Notes under the pieces: model-generated | Told to the model about the DNA's origin: nothing | The model's input: the letters and a program-made list of their open reading frames with translations, nothing else | Database searches by the model: none | NCBI GenBank assembly: GCA_030704615.1 | Contig: CM060734.1 | Span: 18,848,001 to 18,912,000 of the forward strand | Source of the DNA: Takakia lepidozioides | Taxonomy: Eukaryota > Plantae > Bryophyta | DNA: 64,000 nucleotides | Direction: 5' to 3' | In this document: positions 46,085 through 58,000 of the stretch, in pieces | Layout of the letters: every line of letters begins with the position of its first letter | How positions within the stretch are numbered: position 1 is the stretch's first letter | Translations under genes and position numbers: made by a program

Positions 46085-47992
46085 CAACCACGGGACGCGT
46101 CCTCTACCTCTAAGCCCACTGGACTTAAGGTTGTAGTTACGGAGGACAATTGGGAGCCTGACATTGGACCCATTGTCACCGGAGGAGAGAGACGACGTAT
46201 ACGGCGGTTCCTGAGGGCTTACAGGATTTGCTTTGCCTTCAGTTTGAAGGACTTGGGAGCACTGAAGGGTCAAGAGATCCGTATTGAGTTGGCCACTGAC
46301 ACGCCAATCTTTCGGAGACCCTATAGATACAGTGACATGGAGAGGTCTTTGATTCAGATGAGGACTCAAGATCTCTGGGAGGCAGGTTTGGTGGAGCTCT
46401 CTGGTGGAGAGTATGCTTCATCCACAGTGATGCCAGCCAAGAAGGATGTCTATGGCAATTGGACGGAGAGACGTATGTGCGGTGATTACCGGCCTGTAAA
46501 TCGTCAGACCAAGTCCGATAAGTATGCCATGCCAACACTAGAGGAGATCTTTGATGCCATCGGGCATGCTAAGGCCTTTAGCACTTTGGATTTACGATCC
46601 GGATATCACCAGTTGCCAATCAAGGAGGCGGACAAGCAGAAGACGGCATTCTGGGGGATCAATGAGCACGGCAAGGATTGCCTATATCAGTGGCGGTTCT
46701 TACCATTTGGGCTTAAGAATGCTCCTGCAGAGTTTCAGAGAGTCATGGATAGGATTCTAGCAGGGGTGGACTTTGCTTGGTGCTACATAGATGACATCAT
46801 CATCTTTAGTGTTACGATGGAGGAGCATGAGAGACACCTTCAGGTGGTATTGGAGCGCTTGAGAGCGCACGGATTGAAGTTGCATCCGGGGAAGTGCAAG
46901 TTTTTCCACAACCAGATTGAGTATCTGGGTCACATGATATATCCTGGAGGATTGGGGGTACAGCAGACTAAGGTAGAGGCCATTGCACAAATTCCACGCC
47001 CCACGGATGTGAGCCGAGTTCGAGCTTTCATGGGGTTGGCAAACTATTATAGACGGTTTGTCAAGGGATTTAGTACCATTGCAAAGGCTCTAACCAAGCT
47101 GACCAAGGTGGACCAGGAGTGGCAGTGGGAAGATGAGCAGGAACGAGCTTTTCAAGAGCTCAAGGCGAGGTTGACCTCGGCGCCTATCTTGAGACGACCT
47201 ATCAGGGGGCGTCCCTTTCAGCTGCATACGGATTGGAGCATGCTGGGGCTTGGAGCGGTGCTCACACAGGTGGATGATGAGGGAAGAGAGTTCGTAGTGG
47301 CTTACGCTAGCCGCTCGAACAACGCTGCAGAGGCTAAGTACAGCTCATATGAGGGAGAGTGCTTAGCTGCAGTGTGGGCCGTGGCACACTTCAGGTGCTA
47401 TCTATACGGCAATCTTTTCACCCTTGTCACGGATCACCAGCCACTCAAGTGGTTGATGGAGTCAGACAAGCTTACGGGGAAGCTTGCACGGTGGGCACTT
47501 ATACTCCAGGAGTATGACTTTCAGGTTGTGCATCGACCGGGTTTGGTCAATCGGGATGCGGATGGATTGAGTCGCAATCCATGCATGAGCCAGCAGGATG
47601 ACACTGGAGCTCGGTGGCATGGTGAGACGGACGAGGAGATGGTGCCGGGATGGCACGCATCTGCATTTTTGTGTATCTTGGCATCGGGAGGTCAGATTGG
47701 ACCTACAACAGGGATGACTGTAGACGGAGTGTCTGAGGACCCTGAGGCTAGTGATGAGCTAGGTGGTGCCAGAGATATACATGAGGATTCGGCTGTGTTG
47801 GACTACCTCCGCACGGGAGACACGGCAGCCATTGTGACTGCCAGGGAGAGGGATCGGATCCTGCAACGAGCCAAGAGGTTCAAGTGGGAGGGGATACACC
47901 TACTTCGAGTGTGGGAGGATGGTCGGGTGAGGATTGTGCCTCACCCCACACAGCGTGCACGGTTAGTGCGGCATGCCCATGAGGAGTTGGGC
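46085..47992 (+). CDS. Copy 2 RT-RNase H plus integrase N-terminus, in frame after the TAG; truncated at HEELG
   Basis: Open frame from 46085, including ORF 46244-48019: [43 protein letters not shown]. It runs into LTR A2 at 47993. Confidence 0.88.
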
Positions 47993-48616
47993 TGTCAAGT
48001 TATTTTACCACTAGTGTGAAACTAGCTAGGAAATAGCTAGCTTTTACATATTGACATTTGGGATTGGCCCAAGTGTCAATCCAGGGGTCAAGGCAGATTT
48101 AGGCCCTGGAGTGGTTATCTTCACGGCAAGCGCGGGAGGCTCATCTTTCTCGAGTTGAGCCTCACCGCGCCTAGCTATGGCGCCGTAGTGTGGATTCCCC
48201 ATGGCGTGGGGTGCACTTGGCTTGACTTGTATTTGAGTGATGAGGTTATATATGCCTGAGTTTATGCTTCAGCTTTGTGAGCTCGCATGAGCTTGTGCTT
48301 GTATTCTTCCTCTTTATCATTGTGTGGACTAGTGACTGCCATAGTGGGCAGCGTAGTGGCAGCCTAGTGACTGACTAGTTGTAGCCTAGTGGTTGGACTA
48401 GTGGTTGGACTAGTGGTAGACTAGTGGTATACTAGTGTGTGGTGTGCACATGTGTTGTGTGGTTTTGGACAGCGATGTAGTTGTGTAGCGATATGTATGC
48501 GCACGACATCCTCTTCCCCAACTCCCTACAAGGTTCTCCTTGCTTTCGTGGGAATTGGGTTTGCGATCTCTCCAGACGTGCTACGGTTGAGGATTGGGAG
48601 CTGTGAGAGGAGAAAG

Positions 48617-51150
48617 ATGAGCGCTGAGAAGAATCAGCAAGGTCGCCAACTGTTGGTGGTTATGGACAAAATTGAGGGCTCCACCTACGCCCTCAATGTC
48701 ACCAACATTATCAGACCATCACACTTGTCCACTACCGACCTTTGGTTGACAGTAAATTTCCTTCTCGCTCTTATGTTGTTGTGGCACCCCTTCTTGGTGA
48801 GCAAGGACATCACAGCCCAGCATTGCGTTAGATAGATTTGAAAGCTCGTTGAACTTGCTCTTCACGAAGCTATGTTTTAAGTTCTATAATCTGGGGTTAA
48901 ACGAGTGTGGACTGCAATTTGACATTTCGGGCAAGAATGATGTGTTTATAACTTCTCTGTGGGAGCTGCCCATACCGTGTGACCGATGGCAGTAGACCAC
49001 GTCTACAAAAGCTTTGGAACAGATAAAGAGGTGAGAGGTTGAAAGTGTGGAAGGAGTAGAGTATATGAGACTAACTAGTAGCCCTAGACGCCCTCTCCAA
49101 GAGTCGGAACTTGGTAATGAAATTTGTATACGATAGTTACCTCGCGGACCCAGACAGGGAGAGTCATAAACTCTTGGTGAGCTATGGGAAATTCTTCAGT
49201 GGACATGTTTTATGGAACGCCTAGCTGGATCGAGGTGGTCGACCAAAAGTATCAGCAGCAGAGCAGCAGAGTGACGCACTTCTTTAGCGCATGCATCAGC
49301 TTGTACAGAAGTAAAAGATCAGGTCTCCTCCGATGAATGAATGTTGAGAGAGAATGAGAGAGCTGCACTCTGTGTCTGAAAATTGCCGAATATAAGTGTG
49401 AATAGATACTGCTTGTGCACATCCGACAAAAATTTGGGAAAAGAGATAATCAGGTCGTGTAAATTGGTTATCACAAACGAGCTGTAATGGTATGGCCTTG
49501 ACTCAGCGAGTAGAATCACTGGTCCATGCCAATCGGAGCATCAAACTGCCAATAGAGCTGGTAGTGAACTCATTTGTGACTGTGAATGTATCTCACTGAA
49601 AAATCCACTGCCTGTAGTGACGTCTCAAACCATGAGCGACCTGGAGAGACAGCAGCTGGGCCGACATTTGGGATGATTTAGCAACCGACCAAACGATCAA
49701 CAAATTAAGCAGGTCTGCCTTGAGCGTGAAATGTATTTATCTGAATTTTTTGCTACCAGATCAAATGTGAGACAGTGAGTGTGAAAGGAGATGCATGCGA
49801 CACTTTATGGTGGAGGTTGTGAAGAAGCTGTCACCTGATCTTCTTGTCATGGGAAGCCGTGGTCACGGTCTCATTAAACGGCGTGATTACTCTCCCCTCT
49901 CTATTTCCAAAATATTGCAGTTGTGAAGCGTGGTCAAGAAGTTGAGGGAGATGGTAGGAGGAGGGAGAACAGGGAGGTTATCTGAATTGTTTCTTAATCC
50001 TACTTAAAGGAATTCTGCAGTTTACAAAAGTTTGTTCTCTTATTAAGCAAGACTGTTTTATTTCCCAAGTTGAACAGGTAAGTGCAATCAACGCCAGTTC
50101 TTATTTTTTGTAACCTAGACAGCTACCTATTGCCCCTATACATCCACAGTGCAAGCAAAACCACATGTGTTGCATCTGTTTATGATGAAGGATTACAAGA
50201 TGAGTTAACATCCAAGATGAGTTAACAGAAGGAACCATTAAGTATGATGTCAAAGCCAAATCAAAACATGGGCCTCTCTATCTAGATCATTGTCAGTTGT
50301 GCATGCGCACTACAGCCGCCAAGTTTGATATTGTGGTGAGCTAAACAACCAACTCTGGCAGGGTTAGTAGCATGTGCCACATGCAAATATTCTTCACATA
50401 ATCCAAGGATCATAGAGACCAGTTAACAAGGTATATTGCTAGTTCTCCTTTAACGAGATGGAGAGTCAAATGATTCTCAAAATTCATTTGCAATTGCAAT
50501 GGTAATTATCACTTAAGCTGCATTGTGGTGCATAAGTTGATGTTCAACAAGAGGTTGAACACCTTCACTTGACATTGGGGGCTATATCTTGTAAGATATG
50601 GCTTCTCTTAGAGGGTCCGTGGGAGCATGTAGCCCAGTGGTAATGGGCACATACCACGGTGGATGTGGTTGTGGGTTCAAACCACGGTCTGGTGTGTCAT
50701 GAAGGTGTCCACCTTTCTAGCAGAAGGCAGTAGCCTTTCGGGGTGAAGTGACTCCATAAGTTACGCTTCCTTTGGGGGCGTCATACTTTTCCGTGGGAGA
50801 CGAGCCAAAAATAATTCTATAGCTTGGTTGACTGTCCAGCTAGTTTAGATTAATGACAGAAGTTTGATGGTTCAATGTAGTTTCCTGGCAATGATTTTTC
50901 CAGCTTTGGGGAGCTCAATGTCAGTTGGGTTTGTTCATGTTAAACCCCATAAGCTTGTTTTTCTACTTGTCACTACTCAGCGGTCACTGTACCAAATTTA
51001 AGGCTACATGTGTGGGTGTTAGAGTTGCATTGACACATTGATGAGTGCTCCATGTATAATTGCAAGGACCTTCCTGGGGAGTGTCAGTGACGATGCGGTC
51101 CACAATGCTGAGTGCCCAATGCCGATTGTGAGATATCCGGAGGCAAGTAA
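48617..51150 (+). pseudogene. Universal stress protein A-like gene, degenerate, intron-containing
   Basis: Exon remnants GRQLLVVMDKIEGSTYAL (~48640), KGDA...KKLSPDLLVMGSRGHGLIKR (~49760-49881), and RTFLGSVSDDAVHNAECPMPIVR (~51066-51135), the hallmark UspA motifs. Frameshift in the middle exon. Confidence 0.75.
50621..50813 (+). mobile_element. Probable tRNA-derived SINE in the USP intron
   Basis: Pol III A box TAGCCCAGTGG (50630-50640), B box GGTTCAAACC (50674-50683), and a short A-rich tail ~50806-50813. No clear cloverleaf or TSD. Confidence 0.45.
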
Positions 51151-52372
51151 GAAAGCTCTAAAGAAAATGGGAAAACCAGGTCCACTTCAGAAATTGCCTC
51201 TGCCACCATGTATACGACAGTCCCCGAAGGAAAATCACTCTAGTTGGAGATACTGATAATATAACTCTTTGCTTATAGCAAAGCTCATTTAGAAGTTGGA
51301 ATCCTCCACACTTATTGTACATACATATACCTCGACCAAAGATGCATCTGAAACATCTGGATAGGAATGAAATGGAGAGGTATTGTTTGTGCTACAGTTT
51401 AAGGGTAATATGTCATGAAAGTCAGGTACTTGATGAACTTGTTTCGAGTAGTGCAGAGAGAGGGAGGGTTGGGGGGAGGAGATGTGTTCATTTGACTTCC
51501 TTTGCCAGATTTACTAGCCAGTATGAAGAGAGGGGAAGATGACCCTGATATCACTAGTACATCCACACCCTTTTTAAAAATAAATCACAACTTTTCATGT
51601 CAACCATTTGTTGGCCTTGCCTTCCTATTGAGGTTCGCTGCAACCTGGAACTCTTTATGGAAAGCATCACTTCTTTTGGATTTGACTTGTATGATCAGAC
51701 ATTAGGAGGGGTGTAAGTGAGAGGACACACATGCATAGATTTGGGTGTGCGTCTTGAAGGTGAGGTGGGAGCATTCAGATCCCGATTTTGGATACTAATG
51801 TTGTACTGACAGTGTTATCGGTGAAGGGTGTGTCATCAAGGTAGGTTTATTGACAGTATAGTGCCTCCAAGTAGAAATTGGGAGGATCTTTCCTTAGTTG
51901 GCATCGGTTCTATTGGTGACACTATGTTGCGGGTTTGGTATTGGTCTGGCAGGAATGGAAGACAGTTTTGCATGGAAGGCCACCTTAAATTGTCAAGCAC
52001 CATTTCCTGATATAGATGTATGTTAATTAAAGTTGTTAATTTGTTGGTGTGTTAAAAGCCACATTGTTACATCTGTGTCCTGTGACAAATATGTAGGGAG
52101 TTCTAAGAGGTTTTCATCGGGCTACCAATCTAATATCGGATGAGGTCCACCATGAAGGTACTCAACTCAAATCCTCCTAACCCTCTCTTATCCACCTTCT
52201 TTTTCATATGGTGCTTACCTTTGGACCCATTTATAGACCTACCTAACTCGATAGGTGTAATGTTAAAAATGCTTTGTTGGTATTAGCTCATATGCCATAT
52301 GGACAGTAGAGACAGCAATAAGCAATATAACCCTATTGTAGCCCCTCTGTAAATTTTTCATAATTGTTTTGT

Positions 52373-55047
52373 CACTACAACAAATGGGGGGGCTTTACGA
52401 CGCCAGCCGCGCCCCCACACCCTGCGCGGCACCGAGCATGCAACGCCAACCCCGCGGAGCCTGTTTGCGACGCCAGGCCGTCGCAACCAAACCCCGCGGG
52501 TCGCCACCTGGCTCCGGGGCCAGGCGGCGACGCCTGGCCGTCGCACGGGCGGATGAAGGGCAAAAGGCAGCCCTTCCGTCTGATGCCCAAGCGTCGCCCC
52601 ACAGCGAAGGGCAGAAGGTAGCCCTTTCTGGCGACGGCCGGTCGTCGCACGCCGAAAAAAAAAACCCTTACTTGCCCTTTCTTTCATCGCAGCCCTTTCT
52701 TGTGACGATAGGCCGTCGCATGGTGGCATGAAGGGCAAAAGGCCCTTGCGACGGCCAGGCGTCGTAAACTGCCCGGCCGCCCTATTCTTTCAAAACAAAA
52801 AAACAGGTCACAGTTTGCGACGGCTTGCCGTCGCCGTTTGCGACCCTCGGCCTCATAAATCCAAAAAAACGCGTCACAGTTTGCGACGCATGGGGGTCGC
52901 AAGCAGCGACGGCAGGGCTTTCTAGGTTTAGGTTTAGGGCCTTTGGGGGTTCTTAGTTTTTTTTTTTTTTCCATATAGTACTGGGGTAGGGTGTTTTTTT
53001 TCTTTATGGTTTAGCTTGTTGTTGTGGACCTTCTTGTAGATTGTGACATTCATTTTGATAATTCTCTTCATACCACATCTGTATGTGGTTCTCCAACATA
53101 TTCATTGCCTCTGCCTTCTTTCTTGAAAGACTACCAGCCACAGCCATATTTGATCAATCATAGAAATAAGCTACAATATGCATGTACATGTACAATCAAT
53201 CGAAGGGATGGGTACAGTTCGGTGCGAGAATTGTTATGTAGTTTTGATTTTGTGTCTAATCAACTTGAACATCATCATCCGGAGCTTCTTCATCCTCATC
53301 AAGCTGCAAGTCTTCTTGGTCATCGGAGTCATCGTCATAAATGGCCCGGCCCTCAAAAGGCACCTCCGAATCATCCTCCACCTCGTTGTCAATGGCCGTG
53401 TCTTCGTTTCCTTCTCCAACATCCGTATCTTCAGGAGCTTCATCATATAGGGTCCAGGATGCATTGTCCGGGGCGTCATCATCATCTTCTACCCCCTCTA
53501 CCCAACCTCCATCATCAGCATCATTATGACCAGTCTCTCTGTCCACCGCAATTGCCTCACCCCATGGAGATCCGAGACCATGATAGATACGTCTTCCTCT
53601 TGGCTGAGCATGCACAACCACCTTCCAATTTCTCCCTCTTATTTTGTCATCGGAGAAGAAAACTTGCTCCATGTCTGAAGGCCGTGAAAAAGGCTCATCG
53701 GAGGGACGATGAGTAGGGTTGAGCCTATCTACATTGACGCGCATGAAACCACAATCATCTTGCACTAGTGTTGCGGAGGGCCCCACAAGATGTGGCTGGA
53801 ACCACCTTCCCTTGAAGAGAAGAGGCCGGTACCTTGTATTCTGAAGTTGGAGTATGCTCTCAAGCTCTCCAATGTACTCCAGTTTGCTCATAGCAGGTCG
53901 TGTATCTCCCTTGCCCCACACGGAGTCTTGTCAATATGTGGCACACAAGCCAGAATCAAAGGTTGTTTTGCACTTCATATCAAAAGCACGAATGCGAAAA
54001 TGACGACCGTGAACCCAAACCGCCGTGTATGAGGTCGCGAATTGAGAGAGGCCCATTGCAATGTCTTGCACCAAATTTGAAACCACCTCTCTTTGAGCAA
54101 TGCTGTCATAAACTGAAGTCCGGAGCCACTGTTGGAATGAACTTAGAGGCTGCAATTCCATGGGCAAATTTTGTGAAGGAACATTCCGGCGGCCCGCTCC
54201 TCGTCGTGGGCGTCTAGTAACCGGCCTTGGATGGTTCCGCCTCCATGCAAGCGTCTCCTCCTCTCGTTGCTGAACAAAATTATTGTATCTTGCCTCTCAC
54301 TCATGTATGGATAGGGTGTTCTTCAGTATAAAGTCATGTGCTTGCTCAATCACCAAGGTCGGCAATTTTACCCTCTTCGATTTTTTGGGCAAAACGATGT
54401 CCTTGGTTCGTGCATCCTCATCTTCCTTCCACATCCGAGGGGCTTCCTCATCCACCCTCGCCATGTACTCCGTGCAATAGAACATAGCTTCTTGCAACGT
54501 ATACCCCTCCGCGATGTTACCCTCCGGGTGCGCCATTTGTCTTACAAATCCTTTCAAAGTCTTCATATAACGCTCAAGGAAGTACATCCACTGAGAATGA
54601 ACGGGGCCAACAATCGAAGCCTCTTCCACTAAGTGCACTACCAAGTGCACTTGGATGTCAAAGAAGAAGGGAGGAAGGTGCATCTCAAACTTACACATTA
54701 CCTCCGCCACCTCCTTCTTCATGCGTGGAAAATCCGCTTCCTCCAACTATTTGGAGCAAATCTACCGGAACAAGCCTCCCAATCTATAGATTGTCTCACG
54801 AACCTGGGGAGTCAATGTCCCATGTACTGCAATGGGCAAAATGTCTTGCAATAGATTGTGGTGGTCATGAGATTTCAAACCATGGATCCCGTCTTCTTCG
54901 CTGAACTTCATACGGAGGGATGACCCATAACCAGTTGGTGTTCGGACAACACTTATGGTGGCTATCACTTTCTTGTATTCCTCCTTTGTCCATTGCCAAG
55001 GTGTGCGCCTATACTTCCACTGTACAACACCCTTTGGGTCCACACCA
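52373..55047 (-). mobile_element. CACTA (En/Spm) DNA transposon: 3' end with TIR and transposase C-terminal part, truncated by the chromovirus
   Basis: CACTACAACAAAT terminus at 52373; dense GCGACG/CGTCGC subterminal repeats 52390-52915. Minus-strand ORFs with GLKSHDHH, PPFFFDIQVHLVVHL...GPVHSQWMYFLERYM...PEGNIAEGY (DUF4218-like) and LFKGRWF...DEPF...QVFF...NWKVV (DUF4216-like). Confidence 0.9.
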
Positions 55048-58000
55048 TTACAATCCTCTTGTCTTATTCCACTGAATGGCCAAACACCACCATTTGCTTT
55101 ATGTACAGATCCTTCAAGTCACAATAATTCTTGACTCAACAGGAACTAGCATCCAATCCTAGAATTGTACATGGTACTGGAACACAACCAGTCCTCCCAA
55201 CCGCCACACCATGCATCATTTTCTGTATTATCTCTCTCTTCCCTGTTCGTAGACACTATTCACCATGGCCGTCTTGTCTTCCACACTCTGTACGGCCAAC
55301 ATCTACGAGCTCTTCTATCTAGGGAACCAAAAACCAGAAGAAGAGAGTCAAGTCCCCCACTCTCCTCCCTGTACACTTCTCAACATCATCATTCTTGCTT
55401 TTGGTCTTGATCAATGGAATCCTGCCAACACATCGCCACCACCAGCTGTTCCACGTGACATCCCCATCACCTCACCCAGACAGCCGTCGACGATTGCTGA
55501 ACTGTTCAACGTCCTGCCAAGCCTGTCGCAGGTTCGAGTTCACAGGGACATTATATTACCCCCCCTCTTATAAGGGAGTATTGTCCTCAATACTGAACTG
55601 GGGAAAATTCTTACGAAGAGCATCTTCTCTCTCCCATGTAGATTCTTCTATAGGGTAATTCTTCCACTTGATCAAGAATTCATTCCAAGAACAAGATCTC
55701 AAGGTTTTCATCTCTACCTTAAGAATCTCTTCTGGTTCTGCCACAATTTCTCCTTCGGTTGTGACTTTCGGCAAGTCTGGGAGAATATGGCTGGGATCTG
55801 AAACATATTTCCTTAAGAGGCTCACATGAAATACATCATGTATCTTCCACCTAACAGGCAGTTCCAGCTTGTAGGCAACTTTGCCAATCTTTTTGATAAT
55901 CTTGAAAGGTCCACAGTACCTTGGGGAAAGCTTATAACACTTTCCTAGGTTCAATTGGCTCTTCTTAGGGATCACTTTCAAAAATACTTGATCTCCAATC
56001 TCAAATTCTCTAAAAGACCTTTTCTGATCAGCATAGGTCTTTGCCCTTTCTTGAGCTCTCCTCATGCTATCCTTCATTAGGTCCATCTCTTGTTGCATCC
56101 TTGCTATCATCTGATTGACACTTTCGACCTTAGTATTAGAAACATGCCAAGATGCTGGTGTCAAGCAATCTTGTCCGTAAACAGCTTCAAATGGGCTTAC
56201 CCCAATAGCTGTATGCATGTTCTTATTAAAAATGCAAATATTGTTCCCAAGAGCTTTGCCTTTGCCCCACATACATTCGGAGCATGTCTTCTAAGGTTCT
56301 ATTTGTCCTCTCTGTCTGAGCATCAGATTCTGGGTGGTAAGCACTGCTAAAACATAATCTGGTATTCAAAGCTTTGAACAAAGCAGTCCAAAATCCACTC
56401 GTAAACTTCGAATCCCTGTCAGACACAACTTCTCTTGGCAATCCATGCAGTCTGTATATCTCTTTTACAAAGAGATTAGCTGTGTCTATAGCAGTTGCAC
56501 TCATCTTTGTGGGTATGAAATGCGCTTGTTTTGACAAGCGGTCGACTACCACAAAGATGGCATCATGTCCATTTCTTGTCTTAGGCAATGAGACAATGAA
56601 ATCCATACTTATAGATTCCCACTTTGCCCTAGGCACATTCAGAGGTTGCAAAAGTCCAGGAGTCTTGATCTGTTCTGTTTTGGTTACTTGACAAGGGTAA
56701 CACCTTTCAACATATTCTCGTATATTCTTTTTCATCCCAGGCCAGAAAAATTGTTTCCTAATTGCAAGATACGTTTTCTGAAAGCCAGGATGGCCTGCAA
56801 TGGGTATGTTATGATAGTCATACATGATCTTTAGTCTATAGTCTGCAACCTGAGGGATGCATAGACGCCCATCACAGTATAATAACCCATCCTTTAACAG
56901 ATAAGCTAGATATTTGCCAATTTCATCAGGAGCCTTGACCCCACGAGACAGGCTTTCAAATGGGCCAGCAAAATATGCGTCTTTAGCATACTGACCTCTT
57001 ATCTCTTCTATCACAGTGTTTCTTATCACTGAAATAGCAGTTGCCCATTTTCTCCTGGACAATGCATCTGCCACCACGTTCTCTTTCCCCTTCACATAAT
57101 GCAATTCAAAGAAGAACTGCTAGAGGAACTCTACCCAACGACACTGTCTGCGACTGAGGTTGGGTTGTGTGGCCAGATACTTCAAGCTTTCATGGTCTGT
57201 CTCAATCTTAAATTCCCTTCCCAGTAGATAATGCCGCCAAACCTTTAAGGCATGTATGATGGCTAGCAATTCTTTTTCATGCACTGGGTAGTTCAGCTCT
57301 GCTGGGCTTAGTTTTCTAGACTCATAAGCTATTACCTGTCCGTGTTGCATTAACACAGCTCCTATGGCCAGGTCACTCGCATCTGTGCAAAGTACTAGAC
57401 CACCTGTCTTGTAATCCATTAATTTCAAGACAGGAGCATGTGTTAACATATCTTTAAGCTTTTCAAAGCTCTCATTACAATCTTCGGTCCAGGTAATCGC
57501 TCCTAAGCCTTTCAGCAGGCTAGTGAGAGGGGCTGCAATCTTGGAGAATGCCTTTATAAATCTTCTATAAAAGCTTGCAAGTCCTAAGAATGCTCTCACA
57601 TCTGTTCTATCCTTCGGGACAGGCCATTCTGCCACAGTCTTTACCTTCTTGGGATCAACTAACACGCCATCTTTTGACACTATAAATCCCAAGTATTCCA
57701 TTTGGGAAACAAAAAACTCACATTTGCTCTTCTTAGCATAGAGTTTATTCTCTCTCAAAATCTCAAGGACACTTTTCAAGTGTTCTATGTGTTCTTCTTC
57801 AGACTTGGAATAGATTAAGATGTCATCCATGAAGACTAACACAAATTTCCCCAGATACTTTCTGAATAAGGTATTCATTAAGCACATGAAAGTGGCTGGT
57901 GCATTTGTGAGTCCAAAAGACATCACTGTATATTCATAGTGGCCAAATCTAGTTCTGAAGGCCGTCTTAAACGTGTCCGAGTCTTTGACACGGATCTGAT

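Larger units (their letters stand above)
38729..48508 (+). mobile_element. Ty3/Gypsy copy 2 (DNMT-bearing, different LTR subfamily); most of integrase, PHD, PPT and B1 deleted
   Basis: TGTCAAG at 38729, CACGACA ending 48508, 4-bp TSD TCCT (38725-38728 and 48509-48512). A1 38729-39054 and A2 47993-48319 are nearly identical; B is 48320-48508. Confidence 0.92.

Noticed and set aside
50621-50700. Possible tRNA gene
   Set aside because: A and B boxes are present but there are no convincing acceptor or anticodon stems; listed as a probable SINE instead.
57112-57122. In-frame TAG in chromovirus pol as a possible readthrough site
   Set aside because: It lies inside the conserved RNase H region (WVEFL*QFFF), and the context TAG-CAG-TTC does not fit CARYYA. 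Best read as a CAG>TAG lesion.
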